A stretch of DNA of 64,000 bases from an uncultured Nitrospiraceae bacterium (GCA_963727805.1 CAVSHF010000003.1:320001-384000); one strand, 5' to 3'; numbered from the stretch's first letter, positions 54,172-64,000 are shown. Notes: generated by a model from the sequence alone, not told the origin. Numbers and translations: made by a program.

Positions 54172-55335
54172 CTATTTTATCAACTCCCAGTCACCGTTTT
54201 TGACGACGACCATCTCAAAAGCGTCTTTGTCCAAGCCGCAGTGGTCTTTTGGTGACATATTGAAGGTCCCACCTGTTCCCACCCATTTATTGATCTTCGT
54301 CTCGATATACTGCCTGACCTTGTTCTTGTCAGGCCCGACCTTTTTAAGGGCCTCTGCGACCATCATAAGAGCATCATATGCGTAACCGCCAAAGGAGTCG
54401 GGCTCACTCTGATATCGCGCTTTATAATCCTGGACGTATTTTATCAGAATAGCCTTCTGAGGGTGTTTATCAGGGAGTTTGTCCCATACCACGAGCCTAC
54501 CGAGCGGGGATATTACCCCCTCCGCAGCCTTCCCTGCAAGCTCTATGTTTTTCTTGCTTCCCCATCCGTGGCTGTGAAAGAGGGGGATCCCCATCTTCAA
54601 TGCATACCAATTTTTTGTCACGATGACCTGACCAGGCCCAATAGACCAGTTGATCACCGCCTGCGCGCCGGCTGCCTTGACCTTGGTAAGTTGGGTGGTC
54701 ATGTCGGAATCCTTAGGACCATAGCGTTCATCTGCGACAATCGTGATCCCATATTTTGGGGCCATTTCATGGAGTGCCTTTTTGCCGGCATCACCAAAGC
54801 CTGTTGAAACACTAAGAATGCCCACCTTGAAAATACCGTGTTTTTTCATGTAGGCATAGATGGACTCAGCAGCACTGAAATCGTACTGCGGTGTCTTGAA
54901 TATCCAGTATCGCTCGTTAACCGGTTGTGTAATACCTGCTCCTGCTGCACAGGAAATCAGAGGGGTCTTGGCATTGTTCATAATGGGAACGAGGGCCATC
55001 GATTCTCCCGTGGTTGAAGGCCCGATGATCGCAAGAACATTATCGGAAGTGAGAAGTTTTTTTGCGGCTAGAACGGCCTGCGTTTCGTCGCTCTTGGAGT
55101 CTTCGATAATGACTTCAATAGGATGACCGTTTATTCCACCGGTCTTGTTGATCTGGTCCTTCAGCAGTAGGATGGTATTCTTTTCGGGCTCTCCCAGGAA
55201 AGAGGCAGCTCCTGTCACAGATAAGACGGCGCCGATCTTATAAGGTTCCTTTGCCTGGCATGTTGAGGCAATAAAAAAGACACCCGTTAATACTAAAAGG
55301 AAAACAGCTGCTATCTGCCTTTGTCTCAGGCCCAT
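54172..55335 (-). CDS. Liv-type periplasmic substrate-binding protein (paralog B)
   Basis: Same motifs; long runs of amino-acid identity with paralog A. Confidence 0.9.
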   Translation of the reverse strand: MGLRQRQIAAVFLLVLTGVFFIASTCQAKEPYKIGAVLSVTGAASFLGEPEKNTILLLKDQINKTGGINGHPIEVIIEDSKSDETQAVLAAKKLLTSDNVLAIIGPSTTGESMALVPIMNNAKTPLISCAAGAGITQPVNERYWIFKTPQYDFSAAESIYAYMKKHGIFKVGILSVSTGFGDAGKKALHEMAPKYGITIVADERYGPKDSDMTTQLTKVKAAGAQAVINWSIGPGQVIVTKNWYALKMGIPLFHSHGWGSKKNIELAGKAAEGVISPLGRLVVWDKLPDKHPQKAILIKYVQDYKARYQSEPDSFGGYAYDALMMVAEALKKVGPDKNKVRQYIETKINKWVGTGGTFNMSPKDHCGLDKDAFEMVVVKNGDWELIK

Positions 55336-55407
55336 CTTTGCCCTCCCTCATGAGCAGAATTTACGGAACAGCTGCAGGAAGACCGCTGCCCCCATACAGC
55401 GGTTTTC

Positions 55408-55436
55408 ATTATACAACATGGCGCACAATTGAGCAA
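55408..55436 (-). promoter_or_regulatory. Sigma-70 promoter of the ABC transporter operon
   Basis: Minus strand TTGCTC-N17-TATAAT, followed by leader hairpin ACCGCTG/CAGCGGT (55382-55403). Confidence 0.6.
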
Positions 55437-55493
55437 AGCCGACTTCTAAACAAGAGTGACAAAAGTCCTTTAAGAAATGCAGAATACGATTTA

Positions 55494-55523
55494 TTGTAGT
55501 GAAGGCATCGGGTATGATACAAT
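55494..55523 (+). promoter_or_regulatory. Putative sigma-70 promoter of the iorB-paaK-ACT operon
   Basis: TTGTAG-N18-TACAAT with TGn extended -10. Confidence 0.5.
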
Positions 55524-55594
55524 TTCGGAATATTTTTGTGATGTGCTTAAGGCCGGAGCTTGGTCCGCAGCCATAGAAAAAAGACGGGGGATTA

Positions 55595-56176
55595 ATGGCT
55601 ATAACGAGCGTACTTTTTGCCGGGGTTGGAGGGCAGGGGATCATACTGGCCAGCACGATCCTTGCCAGATGTGCTTTTCATCAGGGGTTGATAGTAAAAC
55701 AGAGCGAACTTCATGGCATGGCCCAGAGGGGTGGAAGTGTGATTAGCCATGTCCGCTTCGGGGAGGAGGTTTATTCTCCATTAATCCCAAAGGGCAGGGC
55801 TGATTTTCTAGTGGCCCTTGAGGAACTCGAAGGACTCCGTTATAATTTTTATTTGAAGAAGGGAGGTACTGTCATCCTGAATAAAAAGCGAGTGTTTCCT
55901 CCTACCGCGGATCCATTGAAGAACCCCTATCCGGAAGATGTCATGCAAAAGCTTCAAGAGCAGGGCTTCCGGGTAATTACTATCGATGCACTGGAGATCG
56001 CAAAAAGTCTTCAGAACCCCAAGGTTGAAAATGTCATAATTGTGGGGTCACTTTCTACGTACATCTCATTCCCGCTCACAGCTTGGGAGAACGCTGTAAG
56101 AGAATCGGTCCCTCTTAAAACGGTTGAGATTAATATCGAAGCCTTTGAAAAAGGCCGCGCATATACGGCGGTATAA
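55595..56176 (+). CDS. iorB: Indolepyruvate:ferredoxin oxidoreductase beta subunit
   Basis: GVGGQGIILAS, SE.HGMAQRGGSV.SHVRFG...SPLI..G.AD, N..AF..G. Confidence 0.9.
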   Translation: MAITSVLFAGVGGQGIILASTILARCAFHQGLIVKQSELHGMAQRGGSVISHVRFGEEVYSPLIPKGRADFLVALEELEGLRYNFYLKKGGTVILNKKRVFPPTADPLKNPYPEDVMQKLQEQGFRVITIDALEIAKSLQNPKVENVIIVGSLSTYISFPLTAWENAVRESVPLKTVEINIEAFEKGRAYTAV

Positions 56177-57499
56177 ATGAAGACCCCTGAAAATATCATG
56201 ACAATCTCGTACTGGCAAAAACCGGAGGAGACGATCACTCGTGATGCCCTCGAATCATTTCAGCTTGAAAAACTAAGAGAGACTCTCCGTCATGTCTATG
56301 CGAATGTTCCTTTTTACCGGGCACGCTGTGATGAAGCAGGTCTCGATCCTGAAAAAATTAGCAGCCTCGACGATATAAAAAGGCTTCCCTTTACGACGAG
56401 TGACGATCTGCGACTGAATTATCCCTACGGCCTTCTCGCGGTGCCGAAGGATGACGTAGTGCGGGTGCATACGTCGAGCGGCACGACGGGAAAGCCGAAG
56501 GCCCTTTTTTTTTCGAAGGGAGATATAGAGCGCTCGGCAAATCTTATCGCGCGATGTCTTGTAATGACGGGAACCGGGAAGGGCGATACTCTTCAGAACA
56601 TGATGACTTATGGACTATTTACCGGAGCTCTGGTAATGCATTACGGCGCTGAAAGAGTAGGGGCTCTTGTTATTCCTGCTGGTCCCGGGAACACTGACCG
56701 CCAGATATCTCTTATGCGCGATTTCGAGACGACTGCCGTCCATATAACTCCTAGCTATGCGCTCTATCTCGCGAGTGTTCTCCAGAAGAAGGGAATCGAC
56801 CCTGGAAAGGACTTAAATCTTAGGCGGGCGTACATGGGAGCCGAACCTTATTCAGAAGAGACAAGAAAAAAAATCGAATATCTATTCGGCATAGATGTTT
56901 ATAATTCCTACGGGTTGACTGAAATGAATGGCCCTGGTGTGGCCTTCGAATGCCCATATAAAAACGGTATGCATCTTTGGGAAGACCATTTTCTGGTCGA
57001 AATCATCAATCCAGAAACCGGAGAGATCCTCGATGAGGGCAGGGAAGGCGAACTTGTTATTAGCTCATTGCGCCGCGAGGCTATGCCTCTGATAAGATAC
57101 CGGACAAGGGATATTACAAAAATTATGAGCGACACTTGTGCGTGCGGCCGCACCCACCGAAGAATTTCGCGTATCATGGGAAGGTCGGATGATATGTTTG
57201 TTGTCAAGGGGGTAAATATTTTCCCTCAGCAGATTGAGCAGGTTCTGATGGGAATTAAAGGTGTCGCCCAGAATTACCAGATTGTACTGGAATCATTGGA
57301 TCAGCTGACTATCAAAGTCGAGATATCAAAAGACCTATTTGACGGGAGCATTGATCATCTCCTGAAACTGCAGGCTGTGATAACCGCCAAGGTCAGGGCT
57401 GAAATATTAGTGAAGCCCACGATCGAACTCCTCGAACCGGGAGCACTCCCGGTGAGCGAAGGTAAGGCTAAGAGAGTGCTTGACATTAGGACGATGTAA
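56177..57499 (+). CDS. paaK: Phenylacetate--CoA ligase family (paralog 2)
   Basis: [54 protein letters not shown]. Confidence 0.88.
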   Translation: MKTPENIMTISYWQKPEETITRDALESFQLEKLRETLRHVYANVPFYRARCDEAGLDPEKISSLDDIKRLPFTTSDDLRLNYPYGLLAVPKDDVVRVHTSSGTTGKPKALFFSKGDIERSANLIARCLVMTGTGKGDTLQNMMTYGLFTGALVMHYGAERVGALVIPAGPGNTDRQISLMRDFETTAVHITPSYALYLASVLQKKGIDPGKDLNLRRAYMGAEPYSEETRKKIEYLFGIDVYNSYGLTEMNGPGVAFECPYKNGMHLWEDHFLVEIINPETGEILDEGREGELVISSLRREAMPLIRYRTRDITKIMSDTCACGRTHRRISRIMGRSDDMFVVKGVNIFPQQIEQVLMGIKGVAQNYQIVLESLDQLTIKVEISKDLFDGSIDHLLKLQAVITAKVRAEILVKPTIELLEPGALPVSEGKAKRVLDIRTM

Positions 57500-57558
57500 T
57501 CCGTCCTTACTTCTCCATTTCAATCATGGGGAGGATGACTGGGGTTAAAGGAGCCACT

Positions 57559-57993
57559 ATGGATAAAGTAATGCAGGTTTCGGTGTTTTCGGAAAATAGG
57601 CCCGGCAGAATCGAAAAAATAACAGGGATATTCGCCGATGAGGGAATTAACATCCTCGCCATCTCGATCACAAGCACCAATGGTTTCGGCATCATCAAAC
57701 TGCTTGTCGATAAATTCGATCTCGCTTACGATAAACTGAAAGAGAACGGCTTTACTGTGACACTGAACGAAGTCCTTGCCATTGAGATGAGGGACAGTCC
57801 AGGCGGACTTCATGAAGTATCTCAGATTCTGACGAAAAATCAAATCAACATAGAAAACGCTTATGTCTATGTGGTTGAGTCCAGGGCGAGAGCATTTCTG
57901 TTGATAGAGGTTAAAGACATAGACAAAGCGAAAGAAATCTTGTCTAAAGAAGACCTGAAGTTCTTCAGGTATGATGAATTCAAACGAAGATAA
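57559..57993 (+). CDS. Tandem ACT-domain protein
   Basis: [36 protein letters not shown] before ATG 57559. Confidence 0.88.
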   Translation: MDKVMQVSVFSENRPGRIEKITGIFADEGINILAISITSTNGFGIIKLLVDKFDLAYDKLKENGFTVTLNEVLAIEMRDSPGGLHEVSQILTKNQINIENAYVYVVESRARAFLLIEVKDIDKAKEILSKEDLKFFRYDEFKRR

Positions 57994-58004
57994 AGGGGTG
58001 TAAG

Positions 58005-59303
58005 ATGATCTGGAACAGACAGGCAGAGTGCATGCCGGATAAGGAGAGACAAAAACTCCAGCTCGCAAGACTGAAGGAAACGGTCCGCAGGGCCTATGAG
58101 AATATCCCATATTATAAAAAGCGTTTTGATGAACTGAAACTAAAACCGACGGATATTAAAACACTGAAGGACATTTCAAAGCTGCCGTTTACGACAAAGA
58201 CGGATCTTAGAGAAGGCTATCCTTTTGGAATGTTCGCAGTTCCGATGAAAGATATCGTCGAGGTCCATACCTCTTCAGGTACGACCGGGAAGCCCGTTGT
58301 TGCCGGATATACGCGCGGGGATATTGATACTTGGAGCGAGGTTGTAGCCAGGTGTCTTACCATGGCTGGGGCGACGAATGAGGACATAATACAGAACGGC
58401 TATGGATACGGCCTCTTTACCGGTGGTATGGGTTTGCATTACGGGGCACATAAAATCGGGGCAACAGTGGTACCGATTTCGGCGGGCAATACGAAGCGAC
58501 AGATTGACATCATGCAGGACTTCGGCACGACGGTTATAACCTGCACGCCCTCCTATGCACTCTATCTGGCTGAGGCGGCTGGAGAAGATGGGGTGGACAG
58601 GAAAAAGATAAAGCTGAAAGCAGGGTGCTTTGGTGCTGAGGTTTGGACTGAAAAGATGAGGGAAGAGATCGAACAACGGTTCCGCATTCTGGCGTTGAAT
58701 ATCTACGGCCTCACCGAGATCATTGGTCCTGGCGTCGCTCACGAATGCGATCAAAAATCGGGTCTCCACATTTTTGAAGACCACTTTTTCCCAGAAATCG
58801 TATCTCCTGAAACACTCGAACCTCTTCCGGACGGCGAACGGGGAGAATTGGTGTTCACAACTCTCACACGTGAAGGTATGCCTATGATCAGGTTTCGCAC
58901 TAGGGACATCACAACATTACGAAAGGAACCCTGCAAATGTGGACGGACCGTAGTGAGAATGGACCGCATAACCGGACGCAGCGATGACATGCTGAAGATA
59001 AGGGGCGTGTTGATCTTTCCTTCACAGATAGAAAAGGCACTCCTCGAGGTTAAAGGCATCGAGCCGCAGTATCAGATTATCGTTACCCGGCCGCGCCATT
59101 TGGACGAGATTGAGGTGCAGGTTGAGATCTCGAAGAAGATGTTCTCTGACGAGGTCAAGCACATAGAGGAGTTCCGAAGAAAGATTGAGGCACACATTGA
59201 AAAATCGGTCGGACTTAGGGTAAGGGTAACGCTCGTGGAGCCGAAGAGCCTGCCGAGAAGCGAAGGAAAGGCCAAGAGAGTCTTCGACAAACGCCAACTT
59301 TAA
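58005..59303 (+). CDS. paaK: Phenylacetate--CoA ligase family (paralog 3)
   Basis: [55 protein letters not shown]. Confidence 0.9.
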   Translation: MIWNRQAECMPDKERQKLQLARLKETVRRAYENIPYYKKRFDELKLKPTDIKTLKDISKLPFTTKTDLREGYPFGMFAVPMKDIVEVHTSSGTTGKPVVAGYTRGDIDTWSEVVARCLTMAGATNEDIIQNGYGYGLFTGGMGLHYGAHKIGATVVPISAGNTKRQIDIMQDFGTTVITCTPSYALYLAEAAGEDGVDRKKIKLKAGCFGAEVWTEKMREEIEQRFRILALNIYGLTEIIGPGVAHECDQKSGLHIFEDHFFPEIVSPETLEPLPDGERGELVFTTLTREGMPMIRFRTRDITTLRKEPCKCGRTVVRMDRITGRSDDMLKIRGVLIFPSQIEKALLEVKGIEPQYQIIVTRPRHLDEIEVQVEISKKMFSDEVKHIEEFRRKIEAHIEKSVGLRVRVTLVEPKSLPRSEGKAKRVFDKRQL

Positions 59304-59314
59304 AGGAGATCACC

Positions 59315-59746
59315 ATGAAACTGAAACAGATATCGATTTTTCTGGAAAATAGGAAAGGCCGGCTTTGGGAGGCCCTTGACGCACTTGCCCAGGCCAAGAT
59401 AAATATCAGGGCACTTTCGATAGCCGACACCTCAGAGTTCGGCATTTTGCGACTGATCGTTCCCGATCCCGATAAAGCAAAAAAAGTTTTGGATAAAGGC
59501 AATTTCACGGTTAAGGAGAACAATGTTGTCGCCGTGGAGGTCGCTGACAAGCCTGGTGGTCTTTCAGAGGTGCTCAAGGTGCTGAGCGACGCTGACATCA
59601 ACGTGGAATATCTCTACGCCTTTGTCCAGAAGAGCGGCGAGAAGGCAGTCGTCGTCCTGCGAACAGAAAATACCGACGCGGGAATTAAGGCGTTGAAGGC
59701 AGGGGGAATCGCCATCCTCTCGGCTGACCAGGTTTACGCGTTATAG
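59315..59746 (+). CDS. Tandem ACT-domain protein
   Basis: [48 protein letters not shown]. Confidence 0.9.
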   Translation: MKLKQISIFLENRKGRLWEALDALAQAKINIRALSIADTSEFGILRLIVPDPDKAKKVLDKGNFTVKENNVVAVEVADKPGGLSEVLKVLSDADINVEYLYAFVQKSGEKAVVVLRTENTDAGIKALKAGGIAILSADQVYAL

Positions 59747-59772
59747 AACCTTAAGAAAGTCCCCGAGCGAAC

Positions 59773-60141
59773 TCAGCTCTTTTCTCGATCCGGCTTACTA
59801 TAAATGCGCTGTGAAGAATGAGGGAAGACTAGGGTAGACCCTTCGGAGTATTCCGCGTCTTCTTTTAATAACTCGGCGATCCCGCGTTCTATTACGGGGA
59901 AAGTGTGTGCGTCCCATGCATCGCCAAAATGGTTGGAAAGAAGATTCAATGTTCTTGGGTCGTCCGTTTCGATAATAAAAAAAACCTTCAGGGGAGAACT
60001 CCCTATGACTTCATAGCGTTTAATAGTCTTACATCTCTTTTTAAATAACTTTTCTCTATCTTTCAGCCACGATCCTCTTTCACGATAGATTTCTTTTCTG
60101 GTCACATTATCTTTGGCACTAAGAATAGAAACGAACCACAT
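59773..60141 (-). CDS. Hypothetical protein (possible DUF3303/dimeric alpha-beta barrel)
   Basis: 122-aa ORF with SD GGAGG; FFIIETDD and terminal PV pattern. Confidence 0.55.
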   Translation of the reverse strand: MWFVSILSAKDNVTRKEIYRERGSWLKDREKLFKKRCKTIKRYEVIGSSPLKVFFIIETDDPRTLNLLSNHFGDAWDAHTFPVIERGIAELLKEDAEYSEGSTLVFPHSSQRIYSKPDREKS

Positions 60142-60308
60142 TTTTGACCTCCATTCATTAATTACGCGTTGACGAAGGCGTTCATACGTAACACCGCATG
60201 CTTGTCAATCCTCAGCTTGACTGGGCATACAGAACCTATCTAAATCACTCTATTCTCACCGTCGCATGAACCGATATAAAGAAACGCGACGAAATTTGTG
60301 GATGTCTA

Positions 60309-60728
60309 CTAACCCACTACTATTTTATAACTATAACTAATTTTCGCTGATCCTTCAAGCGTAGCCTTTACTGAGCAGTATTTATCCATGGAAAGATCGA
60401 CCGCCTTTTTGACGGCATCCTCGGAAATATTCTTGCCGGTAATGATAAATTCAAGCTGGATCGATGTATACTTCTGCGGATGCGATTCAGCCTTCTCCCC
60501 GCTGACATTTACTGCGATATCTATCACTTCCTGCCGCTTTTTCTTTAAAACTGAAATAACATCCATTCCTGAACAGCCCCCGATGCCGACAAGAAGCAGT
60601 TCCATGGGAGTCATTCCCGTCCTGACCATTCCCGCTTCCGGGCTAGCATCCAACACAATCGCATGACCGGATCCTGATTCACCCACGAACTGAAATCCTT
60701 CAACCCATTTCACTTTGGCTGTTAGCAT
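60309..60728 (-). CDS. OsmC-family protein
   Basis: SGH...D, PMELLL...GGCSG.DV, LS..KYCSV; SD GAGGAG before ATG 60728. Confidence 0.9.
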   Translation of the reverse strand: MLTAKVKWVEGFQFVGESGSGHAIVLDASPEAGMVRTGMTPMELLLVGIGGCSGMDVISVLKKKRQEVIDIAVNVSGEKAESHPQKYTSIQLEFIITGKNISEDAVKKAVDLSMDKYCSVKATLEGSAKISYSYKIVVG

Positions 60729-60816
60729 TGTTGTCTCCTCTTGTCTTAAGTCAATCATAAAATTGTAGAGGCTGGCCTGCCCCTGCCCAATAAGTGGGCA
60801 GCAAACGGTTCCTCAG

Positions 60817-61599
60817 CTATGGATTGGTCAACTGAAGTCTCTGAATACCGCTTGCCTTTCCGCTCGCTTCATCCACCTCGATGACGACTGCCGATAATAT
60901 CGCCTTGCCCTCGGCAACATCAAATCTTCTCGGCATGTGTGTGAGAAATCTCTCTATGACCTGATCTTTCTCAATTCCGATGACCCCCCAAAGCGGCCCG
61001 GTCATGCCGACATCCGATATGTATGCTGTACCGCCAGGAAGAATCCTTTCGTCGGCAGTCTGAACATGGGTGTGAGTGCCGATGACAGCACTCACCTGTC
61101 CGTCTACGTAGTACCCAAACGCGAGTTTTTCTGAGGTAGCCTCGGCATGGAAGTCGATGATGACGATCTTCGCCGATTCATGAATATCTGCCAACGCGGC
61201 TTTGGTAGACCTGAAAGGGCAGTCGAAGGTATTCATGAAAACCCTGCCCGAGACGTTCACCACGGCAACAGGACACTTCTTTCGTGATGAAAAGACGATG
61301 CTACCTGACCCTGGAACACCAGGCGGATAATTGAGCGGTCTCAGGATACGGTGCTCCTTTGCAAGATAGGGAAGGGCTTCTTTCTTGTCCCAAACATGGT
61401 TGCCGGTCGTGATAATGTCGATGCCGTAAAAGAAGAGTTCTGATGCAGTAGATTCGGTAATGCCGAAGCCGCCGGCAGCGTTCTCTCCATTGGCCACGAC
61501 AACATCTATTTTGTACCGGCTGACAAGATTGGGGAGGAGGGCCTTTACGGCCTGCCTCCCCGGCTTTCCAACTATATCACCTATAAACAGGATCTTCAT
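60817..61599 (-). CDS. ymdB: YmdB-family metallophosphoesterase
   Basis: LFIGDIVG.PGR, NGEN.AGG.GI, TGNH.WD, DFHAEATSEK, GTHTHVQTAD, D.GMTG. Confidence 0.93.
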   Translation of the reverse strand: MKILFIGDIVGKPGRQAVKALLPNLVSRYKIDVVVANGENAAGGFGITESTASELFFYGIDIITTGNHVWDKKEALPYLAKEHRILRPLNYPPGVPGSGSIVFSSRKKCPVAVVNVSGRVFMNTFDCPFRSTKAALADIHESAKIVIIDFHAEATSEKLAFGYYVDGQVSAVIGTHTHVQTADERILPGGTAYISDVGMTGPLWGVIGIEKDQVIERFLTHMPRRFDVAEGKAILSAVVIEVDEASGKASGIQRLQLTNP

Positions 61600-61649
61600 G
61601 AGAAAATGAGAACGGATTGCGATCTGCCGGTCACAGGCACTCCCTCCGA

Positions 61650-63215
61650 TTATTTTGCATAATCGACGTGGCGTGATTCTCTGATAACGGTCACCTTTAT
61701 CTGTCCGGGATAGGTGAGCTCAGACTCAATCTTCTTTCCCAGGTCTCTTGCCATGATAGTACACATCTCATCGTTTACGGCTTCCGGCTTAACGATGATG
61801 CGGATTTCTCTTCCCGCCTGAATGGCGTAACATTTTTCGACACCGGCAAAAGACATAGCCATTTCTTCGAGTTTTTCAAGACGCTTGAGGTAAAGTTCGA
61901 TACTTTCCCTTCTAACGCCCGGACGGGCCGCTGAAAGGGCATCACCGGCCGCTACAAGGGCTGATTCGACCCAGCGCGCCTCGACATCTCCGTGGTGTGC
62001 AAGAATTGCGTTGATTACTGCCTCGGATTCACCATATTTCTTTGCGAGAAAGCCGCCGATTTCCTGGTGAGAGCCCTCCATCTCGTGATCCACAGCCTTA
62101 CCTATGTCATGAAGCAGCCCGCCGCGCTTGGCAAGCTTCGTATCGACGCCGAGTTCCCCGGCCATCATGCCAGCAAGGAAGGCGACCTCCTTTGAGTGCT
62201 GCAACACGTTTTGTCCATAAGATGTCCTGTATTTCAGTCTTCCGATGATCCGGATAATATCCGGATGCACACCTGAAATGCCGAGTTCGAAGACTGCTTT
62301 TTCACCCTCTTCTCTGATCGTGGACTCAACCTCTTTTTTCACCTTTTCGACGACTTCCTCAATTCGAGCGGGATGTATCCTCCCGTCTGTCACCAGTCTC
62401 CCGAGAGAGAGTCGTGCAATCTCTCTTCTTACGGGATCATGGGCTGATAGAGTTACCAGTTCAGGGGTATCGTCGACGATGATATCCACGCCGGTTGCGG
62501 CCTCAAAGGCCCGGATGTTCCGTCCCTCACGGCCGATAATCCGTCCCTTCATTTCATCACCGGGAAGGCTTACGGCTGATACCGTAGCGTCTGCAACATA
62601 ATCGGCGGCATATCGCTGTATGGCGAAACTAATGATTTCGTTCGCTTTCTTTTCTGCATTCTCTTTTGCCTCATCCTCGATTTTCTTGATCAGCTTCGCG
62701 GCCTCAAACCGGGACTCTTCCTCGATTCTTCTGAAAAGTTCCTGCTTTGCCTCTTCAGAACGCATACTCGCAATCCGCTCGAGTACCTGAGTCTGTTCCT
62801 TGACAAGTAGTCCGATCTGGTTCTCCTTATCGGTTACGGCCCGCTCCCTCGTACCAAACTCCCGCTCTTTTCGGGATAAATCATTTTCTTTTCTCTCGAG
62901 TTGATCGATCTTCTTCTCGAGTGATTCCTCTTTTTGTCTGAGTCTCTTGTCGAGGTGATTCAGTTCCTTAGTTCGTTCGCGTATTTCTCTTTCAGCCTCT
63001 GCCTTTGCCTGGTAAACAGCATCCTTTACCGAAACGGCAGCGTCTTTCCTAATAACCTCGGCTTCTCTCTTTGCCTCTTCAAGCTGGTGTTCACGCTCTT
63101 TTTCTAGAGTGTGTTGTTGTGCCTTCAACGTTTTCTTGTAATAGACAAAGAACGCGAGACCGCTCAGTACTCCGGCAACGACAGCGACCAGGATGTACGT
63201 AATCGTGTAGGGCAT
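61650..63215 (-). CDS. rny: Ribonuclease Y
   Basis: N-terminal TM, coiled coil, KH domain ([14 protein letters not shown]), HD domain (LLHDIGK), [12 protein letters not shown]. Confidence 0.97.
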   Translation of the reverse strand: MPYTITYILVAVVAGVLSGLAFFVYYKKTLKAQQHTLEKEREHQLEEAKREAEVIRKDAAVSVKDAVYQAKAEAEREIRERTKELNHLDKRLRQKEESLEKKIDQLERKENDLSRKEREFGTRERAVTDKENQIGLLVKEQTQVLERIASMRSEEAKQELFRRIEEESRFEAAKLIKKIEDEAKENAEKKANEIISFAIQRYAADYVADATVSAVSLPGDEMKGRIIGREGRNIRAFEAATGVDIIVDDTPELVTLSAHDPVRREIARLSLGRLVTDGRIHPARIEEVVEKVKKEVESTIREEGEKAVFELGISGVHPDIIRIIGRLKYRTSYGQNVLQHSKEVAFLAGMMAGELGVDTKLAKRGGLLHDIGKAVDHEMEGSHQEIGGFLAKKYGESEAVINAILAHHGDVEARWVESALVAAGDALSAARPGVRRESIELYLKRLEKLEEMAMSFAGVEKCYAIQAGREIRIIVKPEAVNDEMCTIMARDLGKKIESELTYPGQIKVTVIRESRHVDYAK

Positions 63216-63621
63216 GGTTTGCTTCCTCCTCTATAGAATGAAAAAGAGGCATGAGTAGATGACATTGCGAACGGGATAATCAACTTTCAGTGTCGCCATC
63301 AAACGGTGCCTCTCTTTTACAGTGCGATCTTACATGCGAGCACGCAAGTTCTGCCGATGTCGAGATGCTTGATGTTGTTGGACAGTGAAAGAAGAAGTGC
63401 TAAGGGGAAAGGCGCTTGAGGCCTTCACGGAAAGGGGCAAGGGCAGGACATATCGGAATTAACGTCGATCGTCCATAAAGCTTCGATATCTCTCTATTTT
63501 TAACGCCTTTTTTCAAGACCCCACTCCTGTATATCTTCTTTGTCTAAGTAGCTGTCCACTGCATCAATGACATTTCATCATCTATGATTAAAACTGCTCA
63601 TTATCTTATGATGATTTTATT

Positions 63622-63801
63622 AGCCCACCCTGCCGTGTAGCGAAAAATCAGATCCCCGTTATTATAAGTGGGTGCCGTGAGAGCATCTTAGGCTTTCTCC
63701 TCAGGGGAGACGTGCACACCGAATACCCAACGTTGGCTCCCTAAAGATCTAACTTGCCGGGATCAACTCTTTCACTTAATCACGCACAGGGCAGGCAAGC
63801 T
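63622..63801 (-). ncRNA. ssrS: 6S RNA
   Basis: About 180 nt; complementary ends (GCCCTGTGCGTG / CACGGCAGGGT), GATCCC/GGGATC stem flanking a central bubble, GGGAGCC...GGCACCCAC pair; upstream of rny. Confidence 0.82.
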
Positions 63802-63812
63802 CTGTATAGTTA

Positions 63813-63842
63813 GTTATACCAAAAAAATACCTTTCTAGGCAA
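63813..63842 (-). promoter_or_regulatory. Sigma-70 promoter of 6S RNA
   Basis: Minus strand TTGCCT-N18-TATAAC with TGn extension, just upstream of the predicted RNA 5' end. Confidence 0.6.
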
Positions 63843-63940
63843 CTATAATGTTAAGCGTAAGTTGATGCGGAGCCGCCGGGAGTTGCGGGTAATAAATAAA
63901 TATGTATACTAATCATAAAATAATTACAGCTGAGGGGGTC

Positions 63941-64000
63941 ATGATGAAGATCAACAAAATACTTTTCCCGACCGATTTTACCGAGGGAGCGCTTTCGGCG
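63941..64000 (+). CDS. Universal stress protein, N-terminus only (truncated by window edge)
   Basis: MMKINKILFPTDFTEGALSA matches the USP K.IL.PTDFS..A start; SD GAGGGGG. Confidence 0.75.
   Translation, partial: MMKINKILFPTDFTEGALSA

Noticed and set aside
63500..63559. 19-aa minus-strand ORF (MDSYLDKEDIQEWGLEKRR) in the rny leader
   Set aside because: GTG start without an SD and no supporting motif; cannot be distinguished from chance.

Overview
A gene-dense core chromosomal segment of an anaerobic Gram-negative bacterium. Gene content and order suggest Nitrospirota/Thermodesulfovibrionia or a Desulfobacterota-like lineage (inference only). Housekeeping genes include nadA, rplU-rpmA-obgE-proB, glyQS, a DEAD-box helicase, pdxJ-acpS, etfBA-fabD, ndk, ribD, hemW, degQ, tilS, ymdB and rny. 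RNA elements are a TPP riboswitch leading thiS-thiG-thiE-thiC, tRNA-Ser(GCT) and 6S RNA. There is also a short class II ribonucleotide reductase. Two larger metabolic modules stand out. The first is a multi-PAS sigma-54 activator with a consensus -24/-12 promoter ahead of frdCAB-dctA-fumarase(alpha/beta)-malic enzyme. The second is a divergent aryl-acid module with three PaaK-like CoA ligases, two ACT proteins, an iorB without iorA, a Liv-type ABC importer with duplicated binding proteins and an alginate-export-family beta-barrel. The least explained parts are a two-gene insert at 35.2-36.3 kb (putative double-psi beta-barrel protein plus 3-TM protein), a TusA-like protein lacking its catalytic motif, and structured leaders ahead of obgE, the helicase and rny. 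I saw no CRISPR array, transposase, integrase or prophage. All calls come from motif recognition by eye; no searches were run.
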